64,000 bases of DNA. It comes from Thiotrichaceae bacterium (GTDB taxonomy: Bacteria > Pseudomonadota > Gammaproteobacteria > Eutrophobiales > Eutrophobiaceae). This document shows, piece by piece, positions 1 through 9,794 of this stretch (position 1 is its first letter; every line of letters begins with the position of its first letter). Below the pieces are notes generated by a model. It ran no database searches. It was not told the origin of the DNA and worked only from the letters and a program-made list of their open reading frames with translations. Where the stretch lies: contig DUBV01000051.1 in the NCBI GenBank assembly GCA_012960105.1, forward strand, positions 15,898 through 79,897, given 5' to 3'. The translations under genes were made by a program, and so were the position numbers.

Positions 1-577
1 CTTCGGTTGCATTACCATGATGATAATCCCAATCAATAATCAATATTTTTTTGAAACCATATTGTTTTTGCGCATAGCGTGCAGCTATCGCTATGGTGTT
101 GTAATAACAAAAACCCTCTTCCCTACCGGTATTCAAAGCATGGTGCCCAGGTGGACGACTAAGACAAAATGCATTATTTATTTGTTTGCTCGCTACTCGA
201 TCAACGGCAGCAAGGCAGCCTCGCACACATGCTATTGCTACTTTATGTGCGATAGGTGTATTTTTCTTAATTGAGGCAATATGACCTTCGGTATGTAGCG
301 TTTTTATCCATTCTTCCACATCACCGATTTTTAACCCAATCTTGCTTACTTGCTGCAATACCCCTGATTCTTTCAGGGTATTTTGGATGTAGCTTATTCT
401 TTTAGGAGTTTCAGGATGTCCGGTAGCGATATGATGCTGTAAAAAGACAGAATCACTGATTAATCCTGTTTTATTTGTATATTTGGCCATATTCGCCGCC
501 TCTACTGCTATGATTCGTGTTTGAAATGACAACAGTAAAGTCGATAAAACACCTGAAATAAAGTCTCTTCGATTCAT
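1..577 (-). CDS. Histone deacetylase (HDAC)/acetoin-utilization family amidohydrolase with predicted twin-arginine (Tat) signal peptide; 3' end lies beyond window start
   Basis: Translating the reverse complement from the ATG at 575-577 gives MNRRDFISGVLSTLLLSFQTRIIAVEAANMAKY..HPETPKR..LSRPPGHHA..GFCYYN..ILIIDWDYHHGNATE. This carries the HDAC signature motifs (HPExPxR, PPGHHA with the catalytic His pair, DxDxHHGNG-like). RRDFI is a Tat motif followed by a hydrophobic stretch and AxA. The ORF track omitted this ORF because it runs off the window edge. Confidence 0.7.
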   Translation of the reverse strand, partial: MNRRDFISGVLSTLLLSFQTRIIAVEAANMAKYTNKTGLISDSVFLQHHIATGHPETPKRISYIQNTLKESGVLQQVSKIGLKIGDVEEWIKTLHTEGHIASIKKNTPIAHKVAIACVRGCLAAVDRVASKQINNAFCLSRPPGHHALNTGREEGFCYYNTIAIAARYAQKQYGFKKILIIDWDYHHGNATE

Positions 578-900
578 TTTTTTAATAAATAGTCTATTTA
601 TTGATTAGTACATGGTTGAGAGTAACGAGCCTAATTTTAAAAACCAAATTGATTTTCGAAATAACTACAGAAAAACCAAGAAATGGCGTTAAATATAGCT
701 ATCATGGATATTTGAAATATTATAACAAGGAACATTAACTCGAATAAAAACTACGAAGATAGATGTTATTAAAGTAAGTTTTTATAAAAATATACCCATA
801 AATCAGTAAGATATAGTACTAAACTTGATATTTTACTGTAAGATTGTATATACTTAACCAATCAGCAATATCTATTTTGCAGCAGAGTGGAAAATCATTG

Positions 901-1401
901 ATGAATTTGACTCAAAAAATTAGTCTGTTTTTAATCTTTTGCCCTATATTAGTGCAAGCAGATTGGGGGGTTGTCACTCAAACAGATACTAATAATGCCA
1001 AGACACAGGTTGCCTACACCAAGAACAGTGATGGTTACAGCCTCGAGATATACAAGGATAATGTTGGTGCCATACGTTCGCGTTTCAGTTTGAATGCTGA
1101 GCTCGACATGCTAGCAAAGCGAAGCTGTCCAACTTATCAAATTGACTCAAGACTTATCGATAATCGTTCTATTAATGATGCGCCTTGTTTGACAGACCTG
1201 AGCTGGAGCGAATTCATCCTAGGATATATTGCCGATAATAATACTGCCTCCTCTCGACTTAATGCCTTGATGAATGGTGGCACGATTACATTTCGCTTTA
1301 TGCTGGAAAACGGTAGCTATAAAGAAACAAAATTCTCACTTAGCGGTTCTAAAAAAGCCACATTAAGTGCGTTAGGTACTAACCTGACTATTACACCCTA
1401 G
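901..1401 (+). CDS. Hypothetical secreted protein, probably first gene of the aat-ate-infA operon
   Basis: ORF 844..1401. The internal Met at 901 starts a classical signal peptide, MNLTQKISLFLIFCPILVQA|DWG. No recognisable domain. Stop lies 6 nt before the next gene. Confidence 0.5.
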   Translation: MNLTQKISLFLIFCPILVQADWGVVTQTDTNNAKTQVAYTKNSDGYSLEIYKDNVGAIRSRFSLNAELDMLAKRSCPTYQIDSRLIDNRSINDAPCLTDLSWSEFILGYIADNNTASSRLNALMNGGTITFRFMLENGSYKETKFSLSGSKKATLSALGTNLTITP

Positions 1402-1407
1402 TTTTCT

Positions 1408-2541
1408 ATGTTTGATTGGCGAGTCGTCAACGACCTGCAAACGATATCTTCTGAAAAATGGCAAGCACTCGATTACTCGGATAATCCATTTCTTTCATAT
1501 GCTTTTTTATCCGGGCTTGAAAAATTTAACTGCCTGCAAAATCAACATTGGCACCCTTCTCACATAGTCATAGAAAATAATGATGAATTGATTGGCGTTC
1601 TTCCTTTATATGTTAAATACGATTCTTATGGTGAATTCGTTTTTGACTGGGCATGGGCTGAGGCTTACCAACAAGCAGGAAGAAACTATTATCCGAAACT
1701 CGTTTCTGCAATTCCATTTACACCTGTTGCTGGTTCAAGGTTACTCGTTAACAAAAACTATGACCGTACTATTATTAAAAAAATATTATTAGAAGCGGCT
1801 GTATCGTTAATGCAGGATAAAAATTACTCTTCATTTCATATCCTTTTTCCAGAAAAGAACGATCTAGGTGTAATGATAGAGCATGACGGATTGGAAAGAC
1901 TGACTTGCCAATATCATTGGTTCAATAATGATTATCGTGATTTCCAGGACTTTACCGATTCATTAACATCAAAAAAACGTAAACGATTATTAAAAGAACG
2001 CCGAGAAATTAAAAATTCAAATATCGATATTGAGCGTTTATCTGGCAATGAAATTACGACTGAACAATGGCAAATTTTTTATCGTTTTTATGCGTCAACT
2101 TTTTATAAAAAATGGGGGGAACCTCGTCTTACTCTGGATTTTTTTCAATCACTTGGCAAAGAACTACCAGAACAAACCTTACTTATTCTGGCTAAGAAAA
2201 ATAATGAAACTATTGCCGGTGCTTTCGCTATGCGTGACAAAGAAACATTGTATGGACGTCATTGGGGCTGTAATCAGTATGAGCCCTTTTTGCACTTTGA
2301 ATTGTGCTATTATCAGACTATAGAATATACGATCGAAACTGGATTAAAACGATTAGATGCGGGTGTTCAAGGCGAGCATAAATTGGCTCGAGGCTTTCAA
2401 CCAGTAGCTATGCCTTCTGCTCATTGGATTCGGGATGATGATTTTCGAAATGCTATTGCCAATTATCTGGATAGAGAGGCTGTTGCTATGCAAGAACATA
2501 TTGAAACATTGAAAACACATTTGCCATACAAACTGAATTAG
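1408..2541 (+). CDS. DUF482/COG3146 FemAB-like GNAT-fold N-acyltransferase family protein
   Basis: 377 aa. The N-terminus, MFDWRVV..WQALDYSDNPFLSYAFLSGLE..HPSHIVIEN..LIGVLPLYVKYDSYGEFVFDWAWAEAY, is characteristic of the PF04339 family. It is tightly packed between the secreted ORF and aat. Confidence 0.6.
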   Translation: MFDWRVVNDLQTISSEKWQALDYSDNPFLSYAFLSGLEKFNCLQNQHWHPSHIVIENNDELIGVLPLYVKYDSYGEFVFDWAWAEAYQQAGRNYYPKLVSAIPFTPVAGSRLLVNKNYDRTIIKKILLEAAVSLMQDKNYSSFHILFPEKNDLGVMIEHDGLERLTCQYHWFNNDYRDFQDFTDSLTSKKRKRLLKERREIKNSNIDIERLSGNEITTEQWQIFYRFYASTFYKKWGEPRLTLDFFQSLGKELPEQTLLILAKKNNETIAGAFAMRDKETLYGRHWGCNQYEPFLHFELCYYQTIEYTIETGLKRLDAGVQGEHKLARGFQPVAMPSAHWIRDDDFRNAIANYLDREAVAMQEHIETLKTHLPYKLN

Positions 2542-2545
2542 ACGA

Positions 2546-3298
2546 ATGACACTGGCAGATTTCCAACAAGGTTCTGATCAACTTTTTTGGGTTAAAGATA
2601 ATTTATTAGCCGCAAACTTTCCGACCGTTGATAAAGCCTTGCGTGATCCAGATGGTTTACTTGCTATTGGCGGAGACTTATCAACGCAACGCCTGTTACA
2701 AGCTTATAAAAACGGAATATTCCCCTGGTACAATGAAGGCCAACCCATCATGTGGTGGTCACCTGATCCTCGTTGTGTTTTAGTTCCTAACGAAATTAGA
2801 ATATCTCGCAGCCTTAAAAAACGTTTATTACAAAATAAACTCAAGATCACTTATAACACCGCATTTACCGATGTACTTAATGCCTGTGCTGCTAGCAGAA
2901 AAGGAGTTGGGGACACATGGATAACAAATAAGATAAAAGGAGCCTACTTTAGTTTATTTAAACTAGGCTATGCACACTCTGTTGAATGTTGGCGTGATAA
3001 CAAACTCGTTGGTGGTTTATATGGCCTTGCTATGGGTAAAGTATTTTTTGGCGAATCCATGTTTAGCCGCGAATCTGATGCATCAAAAACAGCGCTAGTT
3101 CACCTTGGCCAACAACTTGATAAAATGAATTTTAGATTGATTGATTGTCAGGTGCACTCTGAACATTTACAAACACTCGGTGCAAAACCTATGCAAAGAG
3201 AACTATTTATTCAGATTCTGAATAATTATTGTAATAATGAGAAACTGATTTTACCTTCATCAGATTTATCCGTAGTGAATCATTCAAGTAATGGATGA
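2546..3298 (+). CDS. aat: Leucyl/phenylalanyl-tRNA--protein transferase
   Basis: 250 aa with conserved L/F-transferase motifs (FPWYNEGQPIMWWSPDPR, GGLYGLAMGKVFFGESMFSRESDASKTALVHL). Its end overlaps the start of ate. Confidence 0.9.
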   Translation: MTLADFQQGSDQLFWVKDNLLAANFPTVDKALRDPDGLLAIGGDLSTQRLLQAYKNGIFPWYNEGQPIMWWSPDPRCVLVPNEIRISRSLKKRLLQNKLKITYNTAFTDVLNACAASRKGVGDTWITNKIKGAYFSLFKLGYAHSVECWRDNKLVGGLYGLAMGKVFFGESMFSRESDASKTALVHLGQQLDKMNFRLIDCQVHSEHLQTLGAKPMQRELFIQILNNYCNNEKLILPSSDLSVVNHSSNG

Positions 3299-4028
3299 CC
3301 AATCAAAAAAACTCCGCTTTTTTATCACTCCGGCAACTTCATGTAATTATCTTGATAATCGTGAAGCGAGTAGTATATTTGCCGATCCAATATTTCCAAA
3401 AAATAGAGCACTTTACTCAACATTGGTTGCCAATGGTTTCAGACGTAGTGGTGAACATCTATATCAACCTTATTGTTCTGGATGTTCTGAATGTATTCCT
3501 ATACGGGTTCCCATTAATAAATTTAAATTTCGGCGCAATCAAAAAAGAACATGGAACAGCAATCAGGATTTAACAGTTAAACAAATAATGGCTGAATTTA
3601 ATGAAGAATATTTTCAACTCTACAGGAAATATCTCTCTGCTCGTCACCCTGATGGCGGCATGGATAATCCTGCTAGAGACGATTACAGTAATTTTCTCTG
3701 GTGTTCCTGGTCAGAAACATATTTATTTGAATTCAGACTTGATAAAAAATTAATTGCCGTCGCTGTCGTTGACCAATTAGAAAATTCCTTTTCCGCGGTT
3801 TATACTTTTTTCGACCCGGATTTACAGAAACGCAGTCTTGGCAAATATGCCGTTTTGTATCTTATCGAGCATAGCAAGCAGATGGGGTTTTCATGGCTAT
3901 ATCTCGGCTATTGGATCGCAAACTGCGGCAAAATGAAATACAAGATCGATTATCAGCCTACTGAATGCTTTATTAGTGATGAATGGAAGGAATTTAGCAC
4001 TTTAGACTTTGCAGTGACGCAAAATTAG
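3291..4028 (+). CDS. bpt: Arginyl-tRNA--protein transferase / Asp/Glu leucyltransferase (Bpt/Ate family)
   Basis: 245 aa. N-terminal Cys-rich motif (CSGCSEC), the FRRSG motif and a C-terminal GNAT-like region (YLGYWIANCGKMKYK) are typical of bacterial Bpt/Ate1. Confidence 0.85.
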   Translation: MDDQSKKLRFFITPATSCNYLDNREASSIFADPIFPKNRALYSTLVANGFRRSGEHLYQPYCSGCSECIPIRVPINKFKFRRNQKRTWNSNQDLTVKQIMAEFNEEYFQLYRKYLSARHPDGGMDNPARDDYSNFLWCSWSETYLFEFRLDKKLIAVAVVDQLENSFSAVYTFFDPDLQKRSLGKYAVLYLIEHSKQMGFSWLYLGYWIANCGKMKYKIDYQPTECFISDEWKEFSTLDFAVTQN

Positions 4029-4064
4029 TGCAGAATTCGCCCTTTTTCAGGAAACGAGGGATGT

Positions 4065-4283
4065 ATGGCAAAAGAAGACCAAATCGAAATGGATGGAACC
4101 GTTGTCGAAACACTACCAAACACTATGTTCCGTGTTGAATTAGAGAATGGCCATATCATTACTGCTCATATCTCAGGAAAAATGCGTAAACATTATATCC
4201 GCATCCTTACTGGGGACACGGTTACTGTCGAAATGACACCTTATGATTTAAGCAAAGGCCGAATTACTTATAGAGCTAGATAA
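4065..4283 (+). CDS. infA: Translation initiation factor IF-1
   Basis: 72 aa, [72 protein letters not shown]. Near-canonical IF-1. Confidence 0.97.
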   Translation: MAKEDQIEMDGTVVETLPNTMFRVELENGHIITAHISGKMRKHYIRILTGDTVTVEMTPYDLSKGRITYRAR

Positions 4284-4291
4284 TCTTTTAC

Positions 4292-4314
4292 ATAGCAAGT
4301 CTTAGCCTTGCTAT
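4292..4314. terminator. Putative bidirectional terminator hairpin between convergent infA and kdsB
   Basis: Stem atagcaag/cttgctat with a 7-nt loop, followed by a T-rich tract on the + strand. Confidence 0.35.
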
Positions 4315-4318
4315 TCTC

Positions 4319-5053
4319 CTATTTTCTTGCGAGTTCCAGATCTTCAACGGTATCGATGCCCAGGCCCGCATCATCTACTGCAATTTCCACATGAATTTTT
4401 CCGCCATTATAAAGAACGCGTAATTGCTCAAGCGCTTCTGTTTGTTCTAATACGCAGACTGGTAAATGAGTAAATTCCTGTAAGTAACCCGCTCGATAAG
4501 CATAAAGACCAATATGTCGATAAACATCTTTAGGTAGATCACCGACTCTATTTGCAGGGATGGGAGAACGACTGAAATAAAGCGCGGTATTATTTATATC
4601 AAATATCACTTTTACAATATTAGGATTATTGTAATCATCTATTGTTAAAATCTCTTCACATAAAGTCGCAAGCTGTTTATTCGGATTATTAAATAAATTC
4701 GATGCTACCTGTTCAACTAATGATACAGGCAAACCATATTCATCACCTTGAAGGTTGACAATAATTTCATCATCATCCATATCAAGATTACTAACGACTT
4801 CCGCTATTCTATCTGTTCCCGACTCGTGCTTATCGGAAGTCATCACAACAGTTGCACCAAATGAATCGGCAATACTCGCTATCTCATCATTGTCCGTAGC
4901 AATATAAATATTTTTTGCTTGTGTGTTTGATGCTGTCTCGAACACATGTTGTATTAAAGGTTTACCTTTAATATCTAATAAAGATTTTCCTGGCAAACGA
5001 GTAGAAGCATAACGTGCGGGTATAACAATACTGAATGGTACTGGCATTGACAT
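4319..5053 (-). CDS. kdsB: 3-deoxy-manno-octulosonate cytidylyltransferase (CMP-KDO synthetase)
   Basis: Strong colinear similarity to E. coli KdsB (IPARYASTRLPGK, NLQGDEY, HIGLYAYRAGYL, EQLRVL..GKIHV). The true start is probably 2 codons in. Confidence 0.93.
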   Translation of the reverse strand: MSMPVPFSIVIPARYASTRLPGKSLLDIKGKPLIQHVFETASNTQAKNIYIATDNDEIASIADSFGATVVMTSDKHESGTDRIAEVVSNLDMDDDEIIVNLQGDEYGLPVSLVEQVASNLFNNPNKQLATLCEEILTIDDYNNPNIVKVIFDINNTALYFSRSPIPANRVGDLPKDVYRHIGLYAYRAGYLQEFTHLPVCVLEQTEALEQLRVLYNGGKIHVEIAVDDAGLGIDTVEDLELARK

Positions 5054-5066
5054 AATTGATACGGCT

Positions 5067-5255
5067 CTACTTTAATTTTTCCAATTCTTCATCACTAATC
5101 GTTCTTGCTTCATCTTCTAGCATAACCGGAATATCATCGCGTATCGGATAAGCCAATCTTGCCGATTTGGAAATCAATTCCTGTTTTTGTTTATCATAAT
5201 GTAACGGCCCTTTAGTTACCGGGCACACGAGGATATCGAGTAGTTTTTTATCCAT
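5067..5255 (-). CDS. ycaR: Trm112-like UPF0434 protein YcaR
   Basis: 62 aa, [16 protein letters not shown]...[10 protein letters not shown]. Sits between lpxK and kdsB as in enterobacteria and Pseudomonas. Confidence 0.85.
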   Translation of the reverse strand: MDKKLLDILVCPVTKGPLHYDKQKQELISKSARLAYPIRDDIPVMLEDEARTISDEELEKLK

Positions 5256-6243
5256 TCATAATTTCCTTCATTAAAGCATCGAGTCTAAAAGTAAATGATT
5301 CTGGTAATGTTGCCGCAATCGGCAAATACCAATGATATTTGGTTGCATGTTCTACACATTTTACCGCATCTTTCTCCGTCATAACCACTGTCAAACCATC
5401 ATTAAAATTAATATCCTCGGCCTCAAAGGAATGATGATCCGGAAACTCATGCTGCATTAAATTAATTTTTTGATTACGCAAATAAGAAAAATATCTATCT
5501 GGATTACCTATACCTGCTATCGCATGTACACTTTGTCCATTAAGCTTTGAAACCGGCATCGTTTTTTCAGGATCCGTTAACGAGACCAAATCTCCATAGC
5601 TGTACTCCATTTTGTATTCATGTCTACCGGCAATATATTTACTAACAATAAAGTCTACTGTTTTTAATCGACTAATAGGTTCACGCAATGGACCTGCGGG
5701 CAAACAATGCTTATTGCCAAAACGACGTTGGCCATCAATCACGGCTATTTCCATATCTCTAGCTAATGAATAATGTTGCATACCATCATCACAAAGAATT
5801 AAATCACAATCACAATATTCAATTAATTCTTCAGCCGCTCTTCTTCTTTGTGTTGCTATCGCCACAGGGCAGTTTGTTTTTTTCGCTATTAAGACTGGTT
5901 CATCACCTACCAACAAAGGATCGCTGTCGGGTCTTACTTGCTGAGTCTTCCCGGAAAAATTTCCACCGTAACCACGGCTGACAATTCCCGGTTTAAAACC
6001 TTTGTTATGGAAATATTCAGCTAGCCAGATAACCAGTGGCGTTTTTCCTGTTCCACCAACCGTTATATTACCCACGATTATGACCGGCACATCAATTTGA
6101 CTGACTGCGATCAAACCTGATTGATAACACAAACGTCTTAATACAATAATTAATGTATATATCCAGCTTAATGGTAATAGAAGAACACCAAGCGGATGCT
6201 TGGTATACCAGATGTTTTCAATTAATTCTTTAGATAACAGCAT
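5248..6243 (-). CDS. lpxK: Tetraacyldisaccharide 4'-kinase
   Basis: [12 protein letters not shown]-loop [19 protein letters not shown], and colinear with E. coli LpxK. Confidence 0.92.
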   Translation of the reverse strand: MLLSKELIENIWYTKHPLGVLLLPLSWIYTLIIVLRRLCYQSGLIAVSQIDVPVIIVGNITVGGTGKTPLVIWLAEYFHNKGFKPGIVSRGYGGNFSGKTQQVRPDSDPLLVGDEPVLIAKKTNCPVAIATQRRRAAEELIEYCDCDLILCDDGMQHYSLARDMEIAVIDGQRRFGNKHCLPAGPLREPISRLKTVDFIVSKYIAGRHEYKMEYSYGDLVSLTDPEKTMPVSKLNGQSVHAIAGIGNPDRYFSYLRNQKINLMQHEFPDHHSFEAEDINFNDGLTVVMTEKDAVKCVEHATKYHWYLPIAATLPESFTFRLDALMKEIMNG

Positions 6244-6322
6244 AAGACTCTATCTACTAAGTCCAGTTATAGAATTTATATTCCGATAGAATAATTCGCG
6301 AAAAAAGATATTTTCGTTACAT

Positions 6323-6742
6323 TCATTCGTCATTAGACCCTTGCGTCGCAAAAGTAATCTTCACCAAACCCAACTGGCGAGCTGCATCCATAACCCGAAC
6401 AACTGATTGATGAGAAGCATTGGCATCGGCACTAATAATAACTGGCGGTTCATTTAAACCAACTAAGGCATCCGATAACGCGCCCTTAATTGTTTCTATC
6501 TGTGCATTTACCAGCGCTTTTTCATTAATATAAACATTACCATCTGAATCAAGTCCAACATTGACAGCATCAGGTTTGGCTTCTGTCGCCTCTTTTGAAG
6601 AGCTTGGTAAGGTAATATTGATTTCGTAATTTTGCTCAAATGTTGTTGAGACCATAAAAAATATCAATAACAAAAACACCACGTCGATTAATGGTGTGAT
6701 ATCTAGATCCACTTCATCGCGTCTTCTTGGTCGAAAATCCAT
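6323..6742 (-). CDS. exbD: ExbD/TolR family biopolymer transport protein
   Basis: 139 aa. ITPLIDVVFLLLIFFMVST TM segment, then the ExbD/TolR periplasmic domain. Confidence 0.8.
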   Translation of the reverse strand: MDFRPRRRDEVDLDITPLIDVVFLLLIFFMVSTTFEQNYEINITLPSSSKEATEAKPDAVNVGLDSDGNVYINEKALVNAQIETIKGALSDALVGLNEPPVIISADANASHQSVVRVMDAARQLGLVKITFATQGSNDE

Positions 6743-6746
6743 ATTA

Positions 6747-7373
6747 TTATCCAGTTGAATCGTCGTGTTCGCGCTGGCCGTGCATTACTTCTACCATTTT
6801 CAATGATTCTTGTTCCATGGTGACAATCAAACCGTCAATTCTTCCACGAAAATAGCGATGAAACATTAAGCTTGGAATAGCAACGGATAATCCTGCAGCG
6901 GTAGTCAATAGTGCTTCTGAAATGCCTTCAGATAAAATACTTGGGTCACCGACCCCCATAGAAGTAATGACAGTAAATACCTTAATCATGCCGATAACCG
7001 TACCCAACAAACCAAGTAAAGGTGATATCGAAGCTATGGTTCCCAGAGCATTAAGAAAACGCTCAAGATCATGAGCGACATGTCGACCCACTTCTTCGAT
7101 GCTTTCTTTCATGATTTCACGCGAATGCTTGCGATTGACTAATCCCGCCGCCAGAATCATTCCCAGTGGAGAGCTATTGCGCAAATCTCGAATTCGACTT
7201 CCATCGAGATGCCCTACTTTCTGCCATTGCCAGACTTTGGCAACCAGATTTTCTGGCGCAACTTTGGATTCTCTTAAAGACCAAAATCGTTCTGCAACAA
7301 TGGCCATCGTTATAATAGAACACAATATAATCGGCCACATAAGTAAACCACCGGCCTTGATCAATTCAAGCAC
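6747..7373 (-). CDS. exbB: MotA/TolQ/ExbB proton-channel family protein
   Basis: 208 aa with three TM segments and the conserved LGLLGTVIGMI motif. Paired with exbD upstream of lpxK as in Pseudomonas PA2983-PA2981. Confidence 0.8.
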   Translation of the reverse strand: MLELIKAGGLLMWPIILCSIITMAIVAERFWSLRESKVAPENLVAKVWQWQKVGHLDGSRIRDLRNSSPLGMILAAGLVNRKHSREIMKESIEEVGRHVAHDLERFLNALGTIASISPLLGLLGTVIGMIKVFTVITSMGVGDPSILSEGISEALLTTAAGLSVAIPSLMFHRYFRGRIDGLIVTMEQESLKMVEVMHGQREHDDSTG

Positions 7374-7426
7374 GTAATCTCACTCCAATATTATTTTACG
7401 AATTATTATTTTATAACTATATGGTC

Positions 7427-9721
7427 TTAATGATGCCAGAAATGTCGATTTTTTGTTCGAAATTCATCGATTTGCAAACCTTCATCACGAAACTTTGCTG
7501 ATAATTCCCCCGTTTCAAAGCTAACCCGCGTCTTTACACCATGAGCTTCATACCGAGCTATTATATCTTGTTTCGGCAAGCCAAATCGATTCCTATATCC
7601 TGCAGCAATGAACGCATGTTCGGATGCTACAGCGGCTATAAATGCCTTCGTTGATGAAGTTTTGCTACCATGATGAGGAACCAGCAGAATATCAACATGT
7701 AACTCATCCTTATATTGCTCTACCAATCTATTTTCAGCCTTTTTTTCGATATCCCCCGTTAGCAGCACCGACCCCCAGATAGAAGAAACTTTTAGTACGC
7801 ATGAGGCATTGTTTCCACTAAGCAATTTTTGTTTTTGCGGATGCAGTATTTCAAATTCAACATCATCCCATGTCCATTTTTGACCTGCATAGCAGTGTTC
7901 AGTATATAACTCGTCAAATTTCTCAGGAACACTAGTTAAGATTTTACTAATTTTAAAATTCTTAATTAGCGCTTTAGCACCGCCAATATGATCATTGTCA
8001 CCATGGCTAACCAGCAATATAGATATTTCATTAATTCCTTTATCTCTCAAATAAGGCTTAATAACCGCATCGCCAATATTAAAACGTTCAGAAAATTGAG
8101 CGCCAGTATCATAAATAAGCACATGTTCTTTCGTGCGTATTACTGCAGCTAATCCCTGCCCGGCATCTAGCAGATTAAAATCAAACTCGCCTTGCTTTAA
8201 TTTTTCAGTTTCTGGAAATAATAATGGTAAAATAAAAAATATGCCCAGCCACCTTGCTGGTAAACCTTTAGGCATTAATAAAATTAACACACCAACAATG
8301 GCTAAGATGAGTACGAATAAACTTGGCGTTGCAATGGGGATGACCGCATAATTTTGTTGCGACAAAAATTCAAGATAAGCCCATTGTTGTTGGTAAATTT
8401 TCTCAACTAACGAATACAAGGCGAGTGCCGCTTTCGGCATCGGTAACAATAAAATTAATGCAATTAATATTAACGGCACAACAACAAAACCAATAACTGG
8501 AATCGCGATTAAATTAGCTAATACACTATAAAGCGGAACTTGTTTAAACCAGAATATTAATATCGGAAACAAGGCAAAACTCAACATGCATTGCAAACGA
8601 ATCCAACGTGTTAAAGCTGTATGTTCACTTATTCTAAAACGGGTGATATACAAAATAAAAATAACTGCTATAAACGACAAATAAAAATCTACCGCAATGA
8701 TGGCAAATGGGTCTAAAACTAATACTAAAACCACAGCGACGCAGATAACATGGCTTATTAATATTTGCCGCGCTGAAAACAAGGCTACTAAGAAGACCGC
8801 GATCATAATTAATGCTCGTTGCGCAGGAAGCGCAAACCCGGCAAGCATCGCGTAGAAAAAAGCTGCTATAAACGCCATAACTGATGCAAATACTGGTGCG
8901 GGTAATCGTTGCGTTAAATAGTAGAATTGACTCCAGAAAAAACTCGCTAAAAAATAAACCAAACCTGCTATTAAACTCAGGTGCAAACCTGATATCGCAA
9001 TTAAATGATTCGTCCCTGTATAGCTTAATATTTTCCATTGCTCAGCATCAAGCTGACTACGATCACCCAAGCTCAAAGCAAGTACCAATCCGAGCAAAGG
9101 CTTATCCAGACTTTGCTTTAATTGTTGAGCCAATTTATAGCGAATATTTTGAATAAAGTAAGCGTGACTGATACCTAGCTTTTTATTTTCAGGAGAAATC
9201 TTTACATAACCTGTCGCCTTTATACCCAGTCTTAGCATCCAGGCTTCATAATCAAAACCACCCGAGTTCATGAAACCATATATGCGCTTCAACTTTACTT
9301 TAAATTGCCATGTTTCACCGGACGCAGGTAAATTTCGAGTTCTATACCAACTTAAGCGAATTGTTCCAGGATATGAGTAACGCTGTTCTTTAGAATCAAT
9401 CACCTCTTTGGTATCAAGCAAAAAACGAATATGGTCATCGTAAGTTTCAGGGATTGAAACAATAGTGCCCTTGATAAGAACTTCATTATTTTCAATACCG
9501 ATATCCAGGGTATGTTCTAGTGCCAATCCAGCACGGAACAATGCCCAGAAAAATCCGAGAGAAAAGAATAAAATAATGCGAAACCCAGAGAAATATCGAG
9601 TCAGTATGAGTAATAAAGGTATTGAGACAGCGATCCAGACTGATGGCAACCAATGTAGTTGCATCAAACAATAGATACCGAGAACAAATGCCAGCGTCCT
9701 TGCGAGCATAAAACTATTCAA
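7427..9721 (-). CDS. comEC: DNA internalization-related competence protein ComEC/Rec2 (metallo-beta-lactamase C-terminal domain)
   Basis: 764 aa. N-terminal DUF4131-like TM region, the polytopic competence domain and a C-terminal MBL motif (LVSHGDNDHIGG ... HHGS). Confidence 0.85.
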   Translation of the reverse strand: MNSFMLARTLAFVLGIYCLMQLHWLPSVWIAVSIPLLLILTRYFSGFRIILFFSLGFFWALFRAGLALEHTLDIGIENNEVLIKGTIVSIPETYDDHIRFLLDTKEVIDSKEQRYSYPGTIRLSWYRTRNLPASGETWQFKVKLKRIYGFMNSGGFDYEAWMLRLGIKATGYVKISPENKKLGISHAYFIQNIRYKLAQQLKQSLDKPLLGLVLALSLGDRSQLDAEQWKILSYTGTNHLIAISGLHLSLIAGLVYFLASFFWSQFYYLTQRLPAPVFASVMAFIAAFFYAMLAGFALPAQRALIMIAVFLVALFSARQILISHVICVAVVLVLVLDPFAIIAVDFYLSFIAVIFILYITRFRISEHTALTRWIRLQCMLSFALFPILIFWFKQVPLYSVLANLIAIPVIGFVVVPLILIALILLLPMPKAALALYSLVEKIYQQQWAYLEFLSQQNYAVIPIATPSLFVLILAIVGVLILLMPKGLPARWLGIFFILPLLFPETEKLKQGEFDFNLLDAGQGLAAVIRTKEHVLIYDTGAQFSERFNIGDAVIKPYLRDKGINEISILLVSHGDNDHIGGAKALIKNFKISKILTSVPEKFDELYTEHCYAGQKWTWDDVEFEILHPQKQKLLSGNNASCVLKVSSIWGSVLLTGDIEKKAENRLVEQYKDELHVDILLVPHHGSKTSSTKAFIAAVASEHAFIAAGYRNRFGLPKQDIIARYEAHGVKTRVSFETGELSAKFRDEGLQIDEFRTKNRHFWHH

Positions 9722-9794
9722 CTCCCTGCATTTTGGGGTAACTTAAGTATATAATACCGCGCTTTTTACAAGTGACACAAAATATTTAGGAATA

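Noticed and set aside
17-274. 85-aa + strand ORF at the window start
   Set aside because: It is antisense to the strongly supported HDAC-family gene on the minus strand and has an unconvincing translation.
8133-9674. Multiple 60-130 aa ORFs inside and antisense to comEC, and similar nested ORFs within lolC, dinG, epmA, parC, parE, RND, hrpA and PP2C-FGE genes
   Set aside because: They are fully contained in, or antisense to, long well-supported genes. They have low-complexity or Cys/Ser/Pro-rich translations typical of out-of-frame reads, so I treated them as spurious.
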